The notes below the pieces were generated by a model, which did no database searches, was not told the origin of the DNA, and worked only from the letters and a program-made list of their open reading frames with translations. A DNA stretch of 64,000 bases from Heteronotia binoei (lineage: Eukaryota). The stretch is from positions 17,856,001 through 17,920,000 of the forward strand of contig NC_083235.1 in NCBI RefSeq assembly GCF_032191835.1, given 5' to 3'. The position numbers and the translations under genes were made by a program. Of this stretch, positions 48,279 through 58,469 are shown piece by piece (position 1 is the stretch's first letter; each line of letters opens with the position of its first letter).

Positions 48279-49880
48279 CCATTTTTAGGTAAAATTATCG
48301 AGAGGGCAGTGGCATTGCAGCTACAGAGATTTCTAGATGACGCTTCTGTCCTAGACCCGTGCCAGTCTGGCTTCCGACCGGGTCACGGGACGGAGACGGT
48401 CCTGGTCGCCTTGGCAGATGACCTCCAACGGCAACTGGATCGAGGCGGTGTAGCGGTGCTGATGTTATTAGATCTGTCGGCTGCATTTGATACGGTCGAC
48501 CATCGGCTACTGATCCACCGCCTCGCCGACATTGGGGTTAGGGGGTCTGCTTTACAATGGCTCTCCTCCTTCCTCATGGGTCGGGGACAAAGGGTGGCGA
48601 TTGGGGGTGAACGATCCCAGAGGCGCACACTAGATTGCGGGGTGCCTCAGGGAGCAGTTCTTTCCCCGATGTTATTTAACATCTATATGCACCCCCTTGC
48701 CCAGATTGCCAGGAGGTTTGGGCTGGGTTGCCATCAATATGCAGATGACACCCAGCTCTATCTGCTAATGGACGGCCGGCCCGCCTCCGCCCCGGGAGAC
48801 CTGGATCGGGCGTTACGGGCTAACGCAACGTGGCTTAGACTGAGTGGGCTGAAGTTAAATCCGGCAAAGACAGAGGTTCTCTGTGTGGGTCGCGGCGCTC
48901 CAGGAGGGGAAATACCTCTCCCGACCTTCGACGGTGTGCAGCTAAAGGCGGCACAGCGGGTGAAGAGTCTGGGTGTTTTGCTGGAGCCTTCACTATCAAT
49001 GGAGGCCCAGATAACAGCCACTGCCAAGTCAGCATTCTTCCATCTGAGGCGGGCGAAGCAGTTGGCCCCTTTCCTGGAGCGTCGGGACCTAGCAACGGTG
49101 ATCCATGCGACGGTCACCTTACGTTTGGACTACTGTAACGCCCTCTACATGGGGCTGCCTCTGTGCCGGACCCGGAAGTTACAACTAGTGCAGAACGCGG
49201 CGGCCAGGCTGTTGCTCGGTCTCCCAAGATGGGAACATATACAGCCGGGGCTACGCGAGCTGCACTGGTTACCGATTGTATACCGGGTCCAGTACAAAGT
49301 GCTGGTTATTACCTTTAAAGCCCTATATGGCCGAGGACCGGCCTACCTGAAGGACCGTCTCTCCCCGTATGAGCCCCAGAGAGCACTGAGGTCAGTAGGA
49401 AAAAACAGACTGACTACCCCTGGGCCAAGAGAAATTAAACTACAGAACACTCACACACGGGCCTTTTCGGCTGCGGCCCCATATCTTTGGAACCAACTCC
49501 CAGAGGAGGTGCGGGCCCTGCGGAGCCTTGATCAGTTCCGCAGGGCCTGCAAGACCACCCTTTTTAAATTAGCTTTTATGAACAGCTGAATTACAATTCT
49601 ATAATGAAGAAATATCCGCCATCAGCACTAACTAGAATAGCGTCAATGATAATGTTATGGTTTGTTTTAATTAATGCTCTAACTGGTTTTTAAGGTTAAA
49701 TTAATGCCCAATTTTAATGTTTCTTACTGTAATTGTTTTATTAATGTACCATTGGTCATTGTGTTGTTTATTATTGTTTCATTTATTAATGTACCATTGG
49801 TCATTATGTTGTTAGCCGCCCTGAGCCTGCTTCGGCGGGGGAGGGCGGGATACAAATAAAATTTTACTTACTTACTTACT
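48279..49880 (+). mobile_element. L2-clade LINE, 5'-truncated, with open RT ORF to 49589
   Basis: Same RT motifs and family as 17291-18950; (CTTA)n tail; inserted in a SINE head and absent from the paralog at about 56390. Confidence 0.95.
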
Positions 49881-50148
49881 AGTGGTTATCTGGGAGAACC
49901 GGGTTTGATTCCCCACACCTCCACATGCACCTGCTGGAATGGCCTTGGGTCAGCCATAGCTATCGCAGGAGTTGTCCTTGAAAGGGCAGCTGCTGTGAGA
50001 GTCCTCTCAGCCCCACCCACCTCACAGGGTGTCTGTTGTGGGGGAAGAAGATAAAGGAGATTGTGAGCCGCTCTGAGACTCTGAGATTCAGAGTGGAGGG
50101 CAGGATATAAATCCAATATCTTCTTCTTCATCATCATCTTCTTCTTCT
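49881..50148 (+). mobile_element. Squam3-like SINE whose head is split by the L2 (intact paralog at 56381-56670)
   Basis: Body and tail match the paralogous copy. Confidence 0.88.
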
Positions 50149-50269
50149 AGTGCAGCAAGGAATTGGTGCTGGCAGGGTTTTCAGTGTTGGTCATCACATT
50201 TGATGATGTTTTTGTATGAAAAGTTCAACATAAGAAGAAGTGGAGTATATTGTTGTATTGTGCTAATTT

Positions 50270-51202
50270 CTATTCTGACATTTTCCTACCAAACACTCTC
50301 CAGAAAGCTCCCTTCACATCCCTGTTTCTCAGACTGTAAATCAGGGGGTTGAGCATGGAAGTTAAGACCCCATACAGTAAAGCAATGACCTTATCCTTAT
50401 CTGAGGAAGATTTTGGTTGGGGCATCAAGTACATGATGATGATTGTACCGTAAAAGACACTGACCACTGTGAGGTGAGAACTGCATGTGGAGAAAGCTTT
50501 CTTGCGACCCTGTGTTGAGCGAATGCGCAGGACTGCTAAGCCTATGCGCCCATAGGTTACAACAATAAAGCCAAAAGGTGATACTACAAGAGCAAAGGTG
50601 GAAAGTTGAACATAGAGCTCACTAATGCGTGTATCTGAGCAGGCCAGTTTGAGGAACGATTGTAGCTCACATCCAAAATGGTTAATGATATTTTGTCCAC
50701 AGAAATCAGTAGGCTGCAACAGTATGTTGATCACTGTATTTAGTAAGGCAAGGACCACACATAAAGACACTAAACAGGTACAAAATCCCCAGCTCATGAT
50801 CTGCGTATAGTGGAGTGGCCGGCATATCGCTGCAAAGCGATCATATGCCATAACAGCCAGAAGAGCACATTCAATCACAACGAATAATAGACCAACATAC
50901 ATCTGAACCAAGCATCTATAGAAGGAGACGGTGGGCATGTAAAAGAAGCAGTTGACCAGGATTTCAGGAAGGGCATTATTGGAGATGACGAGATCTACCG
51001 AGGAGAGGGTGCAAAGAAAGAAATACATGGGAGAATGAAGGTGGGAGTCACCAATGATTAATACGATCATGAGGCTGTTCCCAAGAGTGCTTACGAGGTA
51101 CGCCATCAAGAAGAATGAAAAGAATACAGCCTGTGCTTGTGGGTGACCTGATAATCCAATCAAGATGAATTCTGTCACCATCGTCTCATTTGGAGTTCCC
51201 AT
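50270..51202 (-). CDS. Olfactory receptor, class II, OR13-like (310 aa, intact)
   Basis: OR motifs as for 39133-40065. Start inferred at MGTPNET (51202) because an acceptor tttctctgtAG lies at 51225-26. Confidence 0.96.
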   Translation of the reverse strand: MGTPNETMVTEFILIGLSGHPQAQAVFFSFFLMAYLVSTLGNSLMIVLIIGDSHLHSPMYFFLCTLSSVDLVISNNALPEILVNCFFYMPTVSFYRCLVQMYVGLLFVVIECALLAVMAYDRFAAICRPLHYTQIMSWGFCTCLVSLCVVLALLNTVINILLQPTDFCGQNIINHFGCELQSFLKLACSDTRISELYVQLSTFALVVSPFGFIVVTYGRIGLAVLRIRSTQGRKKAFSTCSSHLTVVSVFYGTIIIMYLMPQPKSSSDKDKVIALLYGVLTSMLNPLIYSLRNRDVKGAFWRVFGRKMSE

Positions 51203-51433
51203 AACATTCTCTGCCTTGTTCCTACTACAGAGAAATAAAGAGAGAATAGGATGGTTTATAAGTGGGAGAGTTTTCATGAGCGTCAAAATTATGTACTTTC
51301 TCGAGTTCTGTTGTATCTATGTATTTTCTAAAATCTGGTAAGCCATAAACCACACTGAACTTAATGAGACTGAAGTGTAACTAATTTTATAGTTCATTAG
51401 GGTTGCTGACACAATGAACACATTGACTTGTGC

Positions 51434-51552
51434 AGGGCTTTTTTTTGTAGCAGGAATTCCTTTGAATCTTAGGCCACACACCCCTGATGTAGCCAATCCT
51501 ACAAAAGCTTACAGTAGGCCCTGCAAGAAGAGCCTTGTAAGCTCTTGGAGGA
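51434..51552. mobile_element. Palindromic hAT MITE truncated by a deletion
   Basis: Same site as 57981 (gacttgtg flank); the right arm is lost. Confidence 0.88.
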
Positions 51553-51988
51553 GGTAACCTATGTACAATCCACAGGGCTTACAACATACTAGCAAACATG
51601 CAACATACTCACACTTGCTCAAAGCTCAGCAGCGCAGAAGTCCTGTGACTCACAGGAAATCTTCACCAAGAGTTAATGTTGTGTATGTGGACTCCTGTGT
51701 ATGTTCCTTAGTAGCGTTCTCACCTTGCACATTGAAGCCTGTAGGACTGAGCTTGGGGACTCGGGAACAATGCGCAGTAGAATCCAAAATTCCTGTTGCC
51801 CTGCTCCAATTACTGGCGACCTGCTGGGTTCAAACGATCCAATGGCGTTCCAACGCAGGAACTCAGGACTGTATATAGTTGGCCACGTTGGCCCAGTCAG
51901 CTACTAGTTACAATGCTGTAATTCAGTAAAGAGCTCTGATCACTGCATCCGTGTGTCCTCTATGCATTGAACCCACTATATTATAGAT

Positions 51989-52480
51989 TAGCGGTCCCCA
52001 ACCTTTTTGGCACTAGGGACCGGTTTTGTGGAAGACAATTTTTCCACAGACTGCAGGGGGAGGGATGGTTTCTGGATGATACAATTGTGCACTTTATTTC
52101 TATTAGTTTGGTGTAGTGGGTGTGTGGACTCTTATCTGGGAGAACCGGGTTTGATTCCCCACTCCTCCACTTGCAGCTGCTGGAATGGCCTTGGGTTAAC
52201 CATAGCTCTGGCAGGGTTGTTCTTGAAAGGGCAGCTTCTGGGGAGAGTTCTCTCAGCCCCACCCACCTCACAGGGTGTCTATTGTGGGGAAGGAAGATAA
52301 AGGAGATTGTGAGCCGCTCTGAGACTCTGAGATTTGGAGTGGAGGGCATGATATGCATCCAATGTTGTATTATTATTATTATTATTATTACTACTACATT
52401 GTAAAATATAATGAAATAATTATACAGCTCACAGGCCGTGGACTAGTACTGGTCCATGGACTGGGGGTTGGGGACCCCTG
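51989..52480. mobile_element. MER1/Charlie3-like hAT MITE containing a Squam3-like SINE (about 52107-52350)
   Basis: Termini (t)agcggtccccaacctttttggcac... and ...gggggttggggacccctg; flanks ttatagat/ttataggg; paralogous copy at 62228 running into the gap. Confidence 0.8.
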
Positions 52481-52732
52481 TTATAGGGTTGGGGACCCCT
52501 CACCACACACCCCTGAACATGGTTAACCGCAATAATTTCTCTTCATTATTTCCTGTCTGTGGTGTTTGCCATACATCCTTAGACTCCGAGCCGCAAACCT
52601 GCAGAGATCCTGCCATCGCTAGCTACAGCCTCACCAGTCATTCAGTGGATCAGTCCAGTGTATTGAGCCCTTAATGGAAAGCAGGAGAAAAAAGCTCCTG
52701 TTCCAGGCAACTTTGAAAATGGTGTTGAGATA

Positions 52733-53017
52733 GAAGAAGAAGAGAGAAGAAGAAATTGGATTGATACCCTTCCCTTCACTACCCGAAGGAGTCTCAGAGA
52801 GGCTTACAACCTCCTTCCCCTTCCCCTCCCCACAACTGTGAGGTAGGTGGAGCTGAGAGCGCTCTAACAGAAACTGTTCTTGAGAGGAACAGCTCTGCAG
52901 GAACTTGTGACTGACTCAAAGTCTCATCGGCAGGTGTAAGTGGAGGAGTGAGGACTCAAACCCGGTTCTCCCAGATAAGAATCCGTGCACTTTAACCACT
53001 ACACTGAACTGGCTCTC
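52733..53017 (-). mobile_element. Squam3-like SINE (paralog at 62963-63260)
   Basis: Reverse full-length copy. Confidence 0.8.
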
Positions 53018-54019
53018 TAGCTGGCGGGATGCTAGCTAGATTGATTCCATGCAGCATGTGAAGTCTCACAAACAAAAACAATCTAGAGGCTGCCACAAAT
53101 TTGGCCAAACAAATGTCTTCTAGGTATTCACTGGAAATCTGGGTCAGAACTCAGAGCACCGAAACAAATACCAAGATATATGGCTCTAAGGATACAAAGC
53201 GCTTATTCCCATATTACTTCTGTTGGTAATAGTGTTTCACTTACCTAGCGAGGCCCAGACCAGAGATGGCAGTTCTTCATTATGTATTCTTCATTCCATG
53301 CTACAGCAAACAGACTCTGAGAAAACCTTTTCCATGACCAGCCCCGAGAATTTAAATAAATCGAGTCCTCTTCCATGAGTAAGCCCCAAGTTCAAAATTG
53401 GGTTTTTTCTGTGCAAAGGCCAAAGCTTACATTAATTGCTTCAGTCTAGGACTGATTATTGAGAAGGCAGAGATGTAGAAGTTTTGTGTTTGACTGGATA
53501 GCAATTGAAGCTGATCAATTCTCCAAGACTGCATATAGCTTCCAAGGAGCAGAGTGAAGAAAATGGTGGAAAGTGGTGAAAAGTTCCTTTTCAGTGAAGT
53601 TCTCAGAACGATGGATTGTGTGGGGCATATTAAAAGATCTGCTCTTCATTCTTGTGAAAAGAATAGCTCTGCCTATTTCTGTAGTATCAGAGCTCCTCCT
53701 GGAATAGTACACTGTAAGTCTTAAGTAGAATTCCTGGGGAATCACTTCAAATGAATACTTTAGACTCAAAGACTAATTACTCTTTCATCTGAATTAAGTT
53801 TTAAAACACCATGGGGAATGATGTAAGGAATAGTTGGGTAAACATTACAATTCTCACTGTGGTTTATTTCAGTGCCCTCAGTCATACACCTTGCTATAGT
53901 GGGTAAGAGTGGCAGACTCTAATCTGGAGAACTGAGTTTGATTTCCCACATCTCCACCTGCAGCCAAACTGGGTGACCTTGGGTCAATCACAGTTCTCTC
54001 AGAGCTGTTCTCTCAAGAG

Positions 54020-54290
54020 AAGAAGACTGCAGATTTATAGCCCACCCTTCTCTCTGAATCTCAAAGAGTCTTACAATCTTCTTTATCTTCTTCCCCCACA
54101 ACAGACACCCTGTGAGGTGGATGGGGCTGAGAGAACTCTCCCGGAATCTGCCCTTTCAAGGACAACCTCTGCCAGAGCTATGGCTGATCCAAGACCATTC
54201 CAGCAGGTGCAAGTGGAGGAGTGGGGAATCAAGCCTGGTTTTCCCAGATAAGAGTCCACACACTTAACCACTACACCAAACTGGGAGCCA
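54020..54290 (-). mobile_element. Squam3-like SINE nested in another SINE copy
   Basis: Reverse copy flanked by + strand SINE pieces (53890-54020, 54290-54340). Confidence 0.8.
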
Positions 54291-55167
54291 GTATGGTGTA
54301 GTGGTTAAGAGCAGTTCTCAGTCAGAGCTCTCTCAGCCCCAGCTATTTCCTCTTCCTCCTCGTCCTCTTGCAGTGGGCACGAACCAGCTCCTGAATGGAA
54401 GTTCATCATTAATTTTGTCTGATTCATGGCTCACAAAGCCATGTTCATGAACTGAACAGTTGCCATTTCCAAGAACTTCTACAAATTTTGATACAGCTTC
54501 TGGTGGTTAATGAACAGCAGAGAGTCTCCTAAGTGCAGACCCTTGGCTGTGTCTTTAGTTGTGGAAGAAGCTGGTGTTCATGAGGTCCCAAGTCAGGAGC
54601 AATCTCCTCTCCTTCTGCCGACTGGCATGGTGACTGCAAGGGATGGATGAGGTTCCTGGGTGTTTGCACACTTGGGGTCACCAAGGATCGGGACACATCT
54701 TGTCATTAGGGCTGGTCATGGGCTCCAATCCAGGGCCACTCCCTCTTGCTTGTCCCTCTGGCATGGTGACTGCTGTCTGCCAGGGAAGGGCAATCCTTCC
54801 ATGGTGTTGCTGTGTTCTTCGATGAAGGTCTCCCTCTCATTGCAAGCTGGAACCTGGGTGTGGGGCGTGACAATGGCATACAGGGAAATATAGGAGGTTT
54901 CCTTATTTCCAGCCAAGGGTCCATACTGATATCTAGCCAGCCATGCATTCAGGAGTGTCTGCTGTGTATCCAAGTGGCCATATCCAGGGATTTTTTTTGT
55001 AGCAGAAACTCCTTTGCCTATTAGGCCACACCCCTCCAATATAGCCAATCCTCCTGGAGCCAGCAGGGCTCTTTGGACAGGGTCTACTGTAAGCTCCAAG
55101 AGGATTGGCTACATAAGGGAGGCATGACCTAATATGCAAATGAATTCCTGCTTCAAAAGAAGCCCTG

Positions 55168-55850
55168 CAGAATCGAGCATGGGAATCACAGTCCCATGAA
55201 ATGTGGACATGTTTTTTTTTCCTGGTCAGAAAGTAAAGCATCTTATGGTTTCAAGTATATGCTGGTGATTGTACCATAAAAGACACTGGCCACAGCGACG
55301 TGAGAGCTGCAAATGAAGAAGGATTTCTTCCATCCCTGTGTTGAGCAGATGTGCAGGACAGCTAAATCTATGTGCCCATGTGTTACAATAATGAAGCTAA
55401 AGCCTGATACTATGACCACTTTCTCACTGGGCTTGTTCTGGTCTCAGAGCCCTTTCCCCTCCGGCGCTTCTGTCCAATTTCACACAAACTGCCGCAGGGC
55501 TGCGACTTGGCCTGCCTCTTTCCCGCAGCAAGCAGAAACGGGTTTTCACAGGATCTTGCTTGCCGGGTCAAGTTGCGGCCCTGCAGCAGCTTGAAAGAGG
55601 ATGGAAAGATGCATGCTCACTAAAATGTGTCTCAGAGCACGGATGAGGAACAATTGTTGTTCATGTCCAAAATAGTTAATGATATTTCGGCTACAGAAGT
55701 TGGTTGGTCACCACAATCCGTTGATCAAGATATTCAGTAAGACAAGGTCCACACATACCGACACTAAACTGACAACAAAAACACCCAATGCTTTTTATTT
55801 GATAGCCAGCAGGAAAGCTCAATTAGCGATTTGAAGATGAAAGAATAAAA
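55168..55850 (-). pseudogene. OR pseudogene remnant (TM4-TM7), second copy
   Basis: Near-identical to the OR-derived parts of 45200-47170, without the 1.3-kb hAT insertion. Confidence 0.85.
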
Positions 55851-56791
55851 CATCATTTCCACTCCATACACTCTTTTCAGTTGTGATATTGTCATTGATA
55901 CAAGGAAGCACAGCATCCTTCAGAATAAAAATCATTGCTCCGTTTTCTGATCCTAGAACATACTTCTGCTCCAAAGACTTGTTTGCTTCTCACACAGAGA
56001 TTGTGGCAACTTCCTGTGGAAGGTCAGTGTCCATGGTTCACTAGTGAAGATGCAAGTAGGAGTCCAACATCAAAATCCAGTCCAGTGTTCTAGAATCCAC
56101 TGTTCACATGATGCTATCTATCACCTGGGAACTTGATTAGAAATAAGAGGTATCAGATATTCAATTCTTACCCTGCTTCCTTTCTAAGCCAATATTAGTT
56201 AAAGTTGGGTTATGATTCGCATTACAGTTGGATCAGGAGCTGCTATCATTGGTATCATTGCATACCTATTTTGTTAATTATAATATAATGCTATTTCTCA
56301 TCAGATTAATTTCCATTATGGAAGCTAATTATGTTTAGGAAATAGCTGAAATCTCAACAACTGATAACTACTCATCTATGCTTGGTGTAGTGGTTAAGTG
56401 TGCTGACTGTTATCTGGGAGAACTGGGTTTGATTCCCCACTCCTCCACTTGCACCTTCTGGAATGGCCTTGGGTCAGCCATAGCTCTGGCAGAGATTGTC
56501 CTTGAAAGGGCAGCTGCTGTGAGAGTCCACTCAGCCCCACCCACCTCACAGGGTGTCTGTTGTGGGGGAAGAAGATAAAGGAGATTGTGAGCCGCTCTGA
56601 GACCCTGAGATTCAGAGTGGAGGGCAGGATATAAATCCAATATCTTCTTCATCATCATCTTCTTCTTCTAGTGCAGCAAGGAATTAGTGCAGGCAGGGTT
56701 TTCAGTGTTGGTCATCACATTTGATGATGTTTTTTGTATGAAAAGTTTAACATAAGAAGAAGTGGAGTATATTGTTGTATTGTGCTAATTT

Positions 56792-57724
56792 CTATTCTGA
56801 CATTTTCCTACCAAACACTCTCCAGAAAGCTCCCTTCACATCCCTGTTTCTCAGACTGTAAATCAGGGGGTTGAGCAAGGAAGTTAAGACCCCGTACAGT
56901 AAAGAAATGATCTTATCCTTATCTGAGGAAGATTTTGGTTGGGGCATCAAGTACATGATGATGATCGTACCGTAAAAGACACTGACCACTGTGAGGTGAG
57001 AACTGCAGGTGGAGAAGGCTTTCTTGCGACCCTGTGTTGAGCGAATGCGCAGGACTGCTAAGCCTATGCGCCCGTAGGTTACGACAATGAAGCCAAAGGG
57101 TGCTGCTACAAGAGCGAAGGTGGAAAGTTGCACATACAGCTCACTAATGCGTGTATCCGAGCAGGCCAGTTTGAGGAACGATTGTAACTCACATGCAAAA
57201 TGGTTAATGATATTTTGTCCACAGAAATCAGTAGGCTGCAACAGTATGTTGATCACTGTATTCAGCAAGGCAAGGACCACACATAAAGACACTAAACAGG
57301 TACAAAATCCCCAGCTCATGATCTGCATATAGTGGAGTGGCCGGCATATCGCTGCAAAGCGATCATATGCCATAACAGCCAGAAGAGCACATTCAATCAC
57401 AACAAATAATAGACCAACATACATCTGAACCAAGCATCTGTAGAAGGAGACGGTGGGCATGTAAAAGAAGCAGTTGACCAGGGTTTCAGGAAGGGCATTA
57501 TTGGAGATGACGAGATCTACCGAGGAGAGGGTGCAAAGAAAGAAATACATGGGAGAATGAAGGTGGGAGTCACCAATGATTAATACGATCATGAGGCCGT
57601 TCCCAAGAGTGCTTGCGAGGTACGCCATCAAGAAGAATGAAAAGAATACAGCCTGTGCTTGTGGGTGACCTGATAATCCAATCAAGATGAATTCTGTCAC
57701 CATCGTCTCATTTGGAGTTCCCAT
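56792..57724 (-). CDS. Olfactory receptor, class II, OR13-like (310 aa, intact)
   Basis: 10 aa differences from 50270-51202 by manual alignment; acceptor cttccctgtAG at 57747-48. Confidence 0.96.
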   Translation of the reverse strand: MGTPNETMVTEFILIGLSGHPQAQAVFFSFFLMAYLASTLGNGLMIVLIIGDSHLHSPMYFFLCTLSSVDLVISNNALPETLVNCFFYMPTVSFYRCLVQMYVGLLFVVIECALLAVMAYDRFAAICRPLHYMQIMSWGFCTCLVSLCVVLALLNTVINILLQPTDFCGQNIINHFACELQSFLKLACSDTRISELYVQLSTFALVAAPFGFIVVTYGRIGLAVLRIRSTQGRKKAFSTCSSHLTVVSVFYGTIIIMYLMPQPKSSSDKDKIISLLYGVLTSLLNPLIYSLRNRDVKGAFWRVFGRKMSE

Positions 57725-57980
57725 GACGTTCTCTGCCTTGTTCCTACTACAGGGAAGAAAAGAGAGAATAGGATGGTTTATAAGTGGGAGAGTTTTCATG
57801 AGCGTCAAAATTATGTACTTTCTCAAGTTCTGTTGTATCTATGTATTTTTTAAAATCTGGTAAGCCATAAAGAACACTGAACTTAATGAGACTGAAGTGT
57901 AACTAATTAGGGTTACACTAATATAGTGTAACTAATATAGTTCATTAGGGTTGCTGATCCCATGAACACATTGACTTGTG

Positions 57981-58162
57981 CAGGGCTTTTTTTGTAGCAG
58001 GAATTCCTTTGCCTCTTAGGCCACACCCCCCTGATGTAGCCAATCCTACAAGAGCTTACAGTAGGCCCTGCAAGAAGAGCCTTGTAAGCTCTTGGAGGAT
58101 TGGCTACATGAGGGGTGTGTGGCCTAATATGCAAAGGAGTTCCTGCTACAAAAAAAGCCCTG
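57981..58162. mobile_element. Palindromic hAT MITE in OR intron
   Basis: Perfect 8-bp TSD gacttgtg. Confidence 0.93.
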
Positions 58163-58469
58163 GACTTGTGAACCACAGACTCAATGGTGGCTATGACAAC
58201 AGATATTAATAATTTTTTTGCTTTTAATTTCCTTTATTAAATTCATGAAGTATAACAGCCATAAACAGAAAAGAGAAGATATTAATATTTAATACATAGA
58301 ATGCATTTTAAGTTGGTTCTGTATTTAGATTCAGGTTGTATTCATTCCCCATTGTACGCTGGTATTTAAGTGCCTTGTGGATTTTCAAATGCCTTCATGG
58401 ACTGGTATTTCCCTACAGCACAATAGCAATTCCAAATCATTTTTGGTGATTTTAATTTTTATCTAATTT

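Noticed and set aside
10315-57826. N-terminal extensions of ORs given by the ORF track
   Set aside because: They start at TTG or run through predicted splice acceptors and polypyrimidine tracts; the conserved Met before the N-glycosylation sequon is the better start.
6408-58162. MITE motif TAATATGCAAA as the source of the promoter AATATGCAAT
   Set aside because: There is no flanking similarity between the MITE and the promoter modules beyond about 9 nt.
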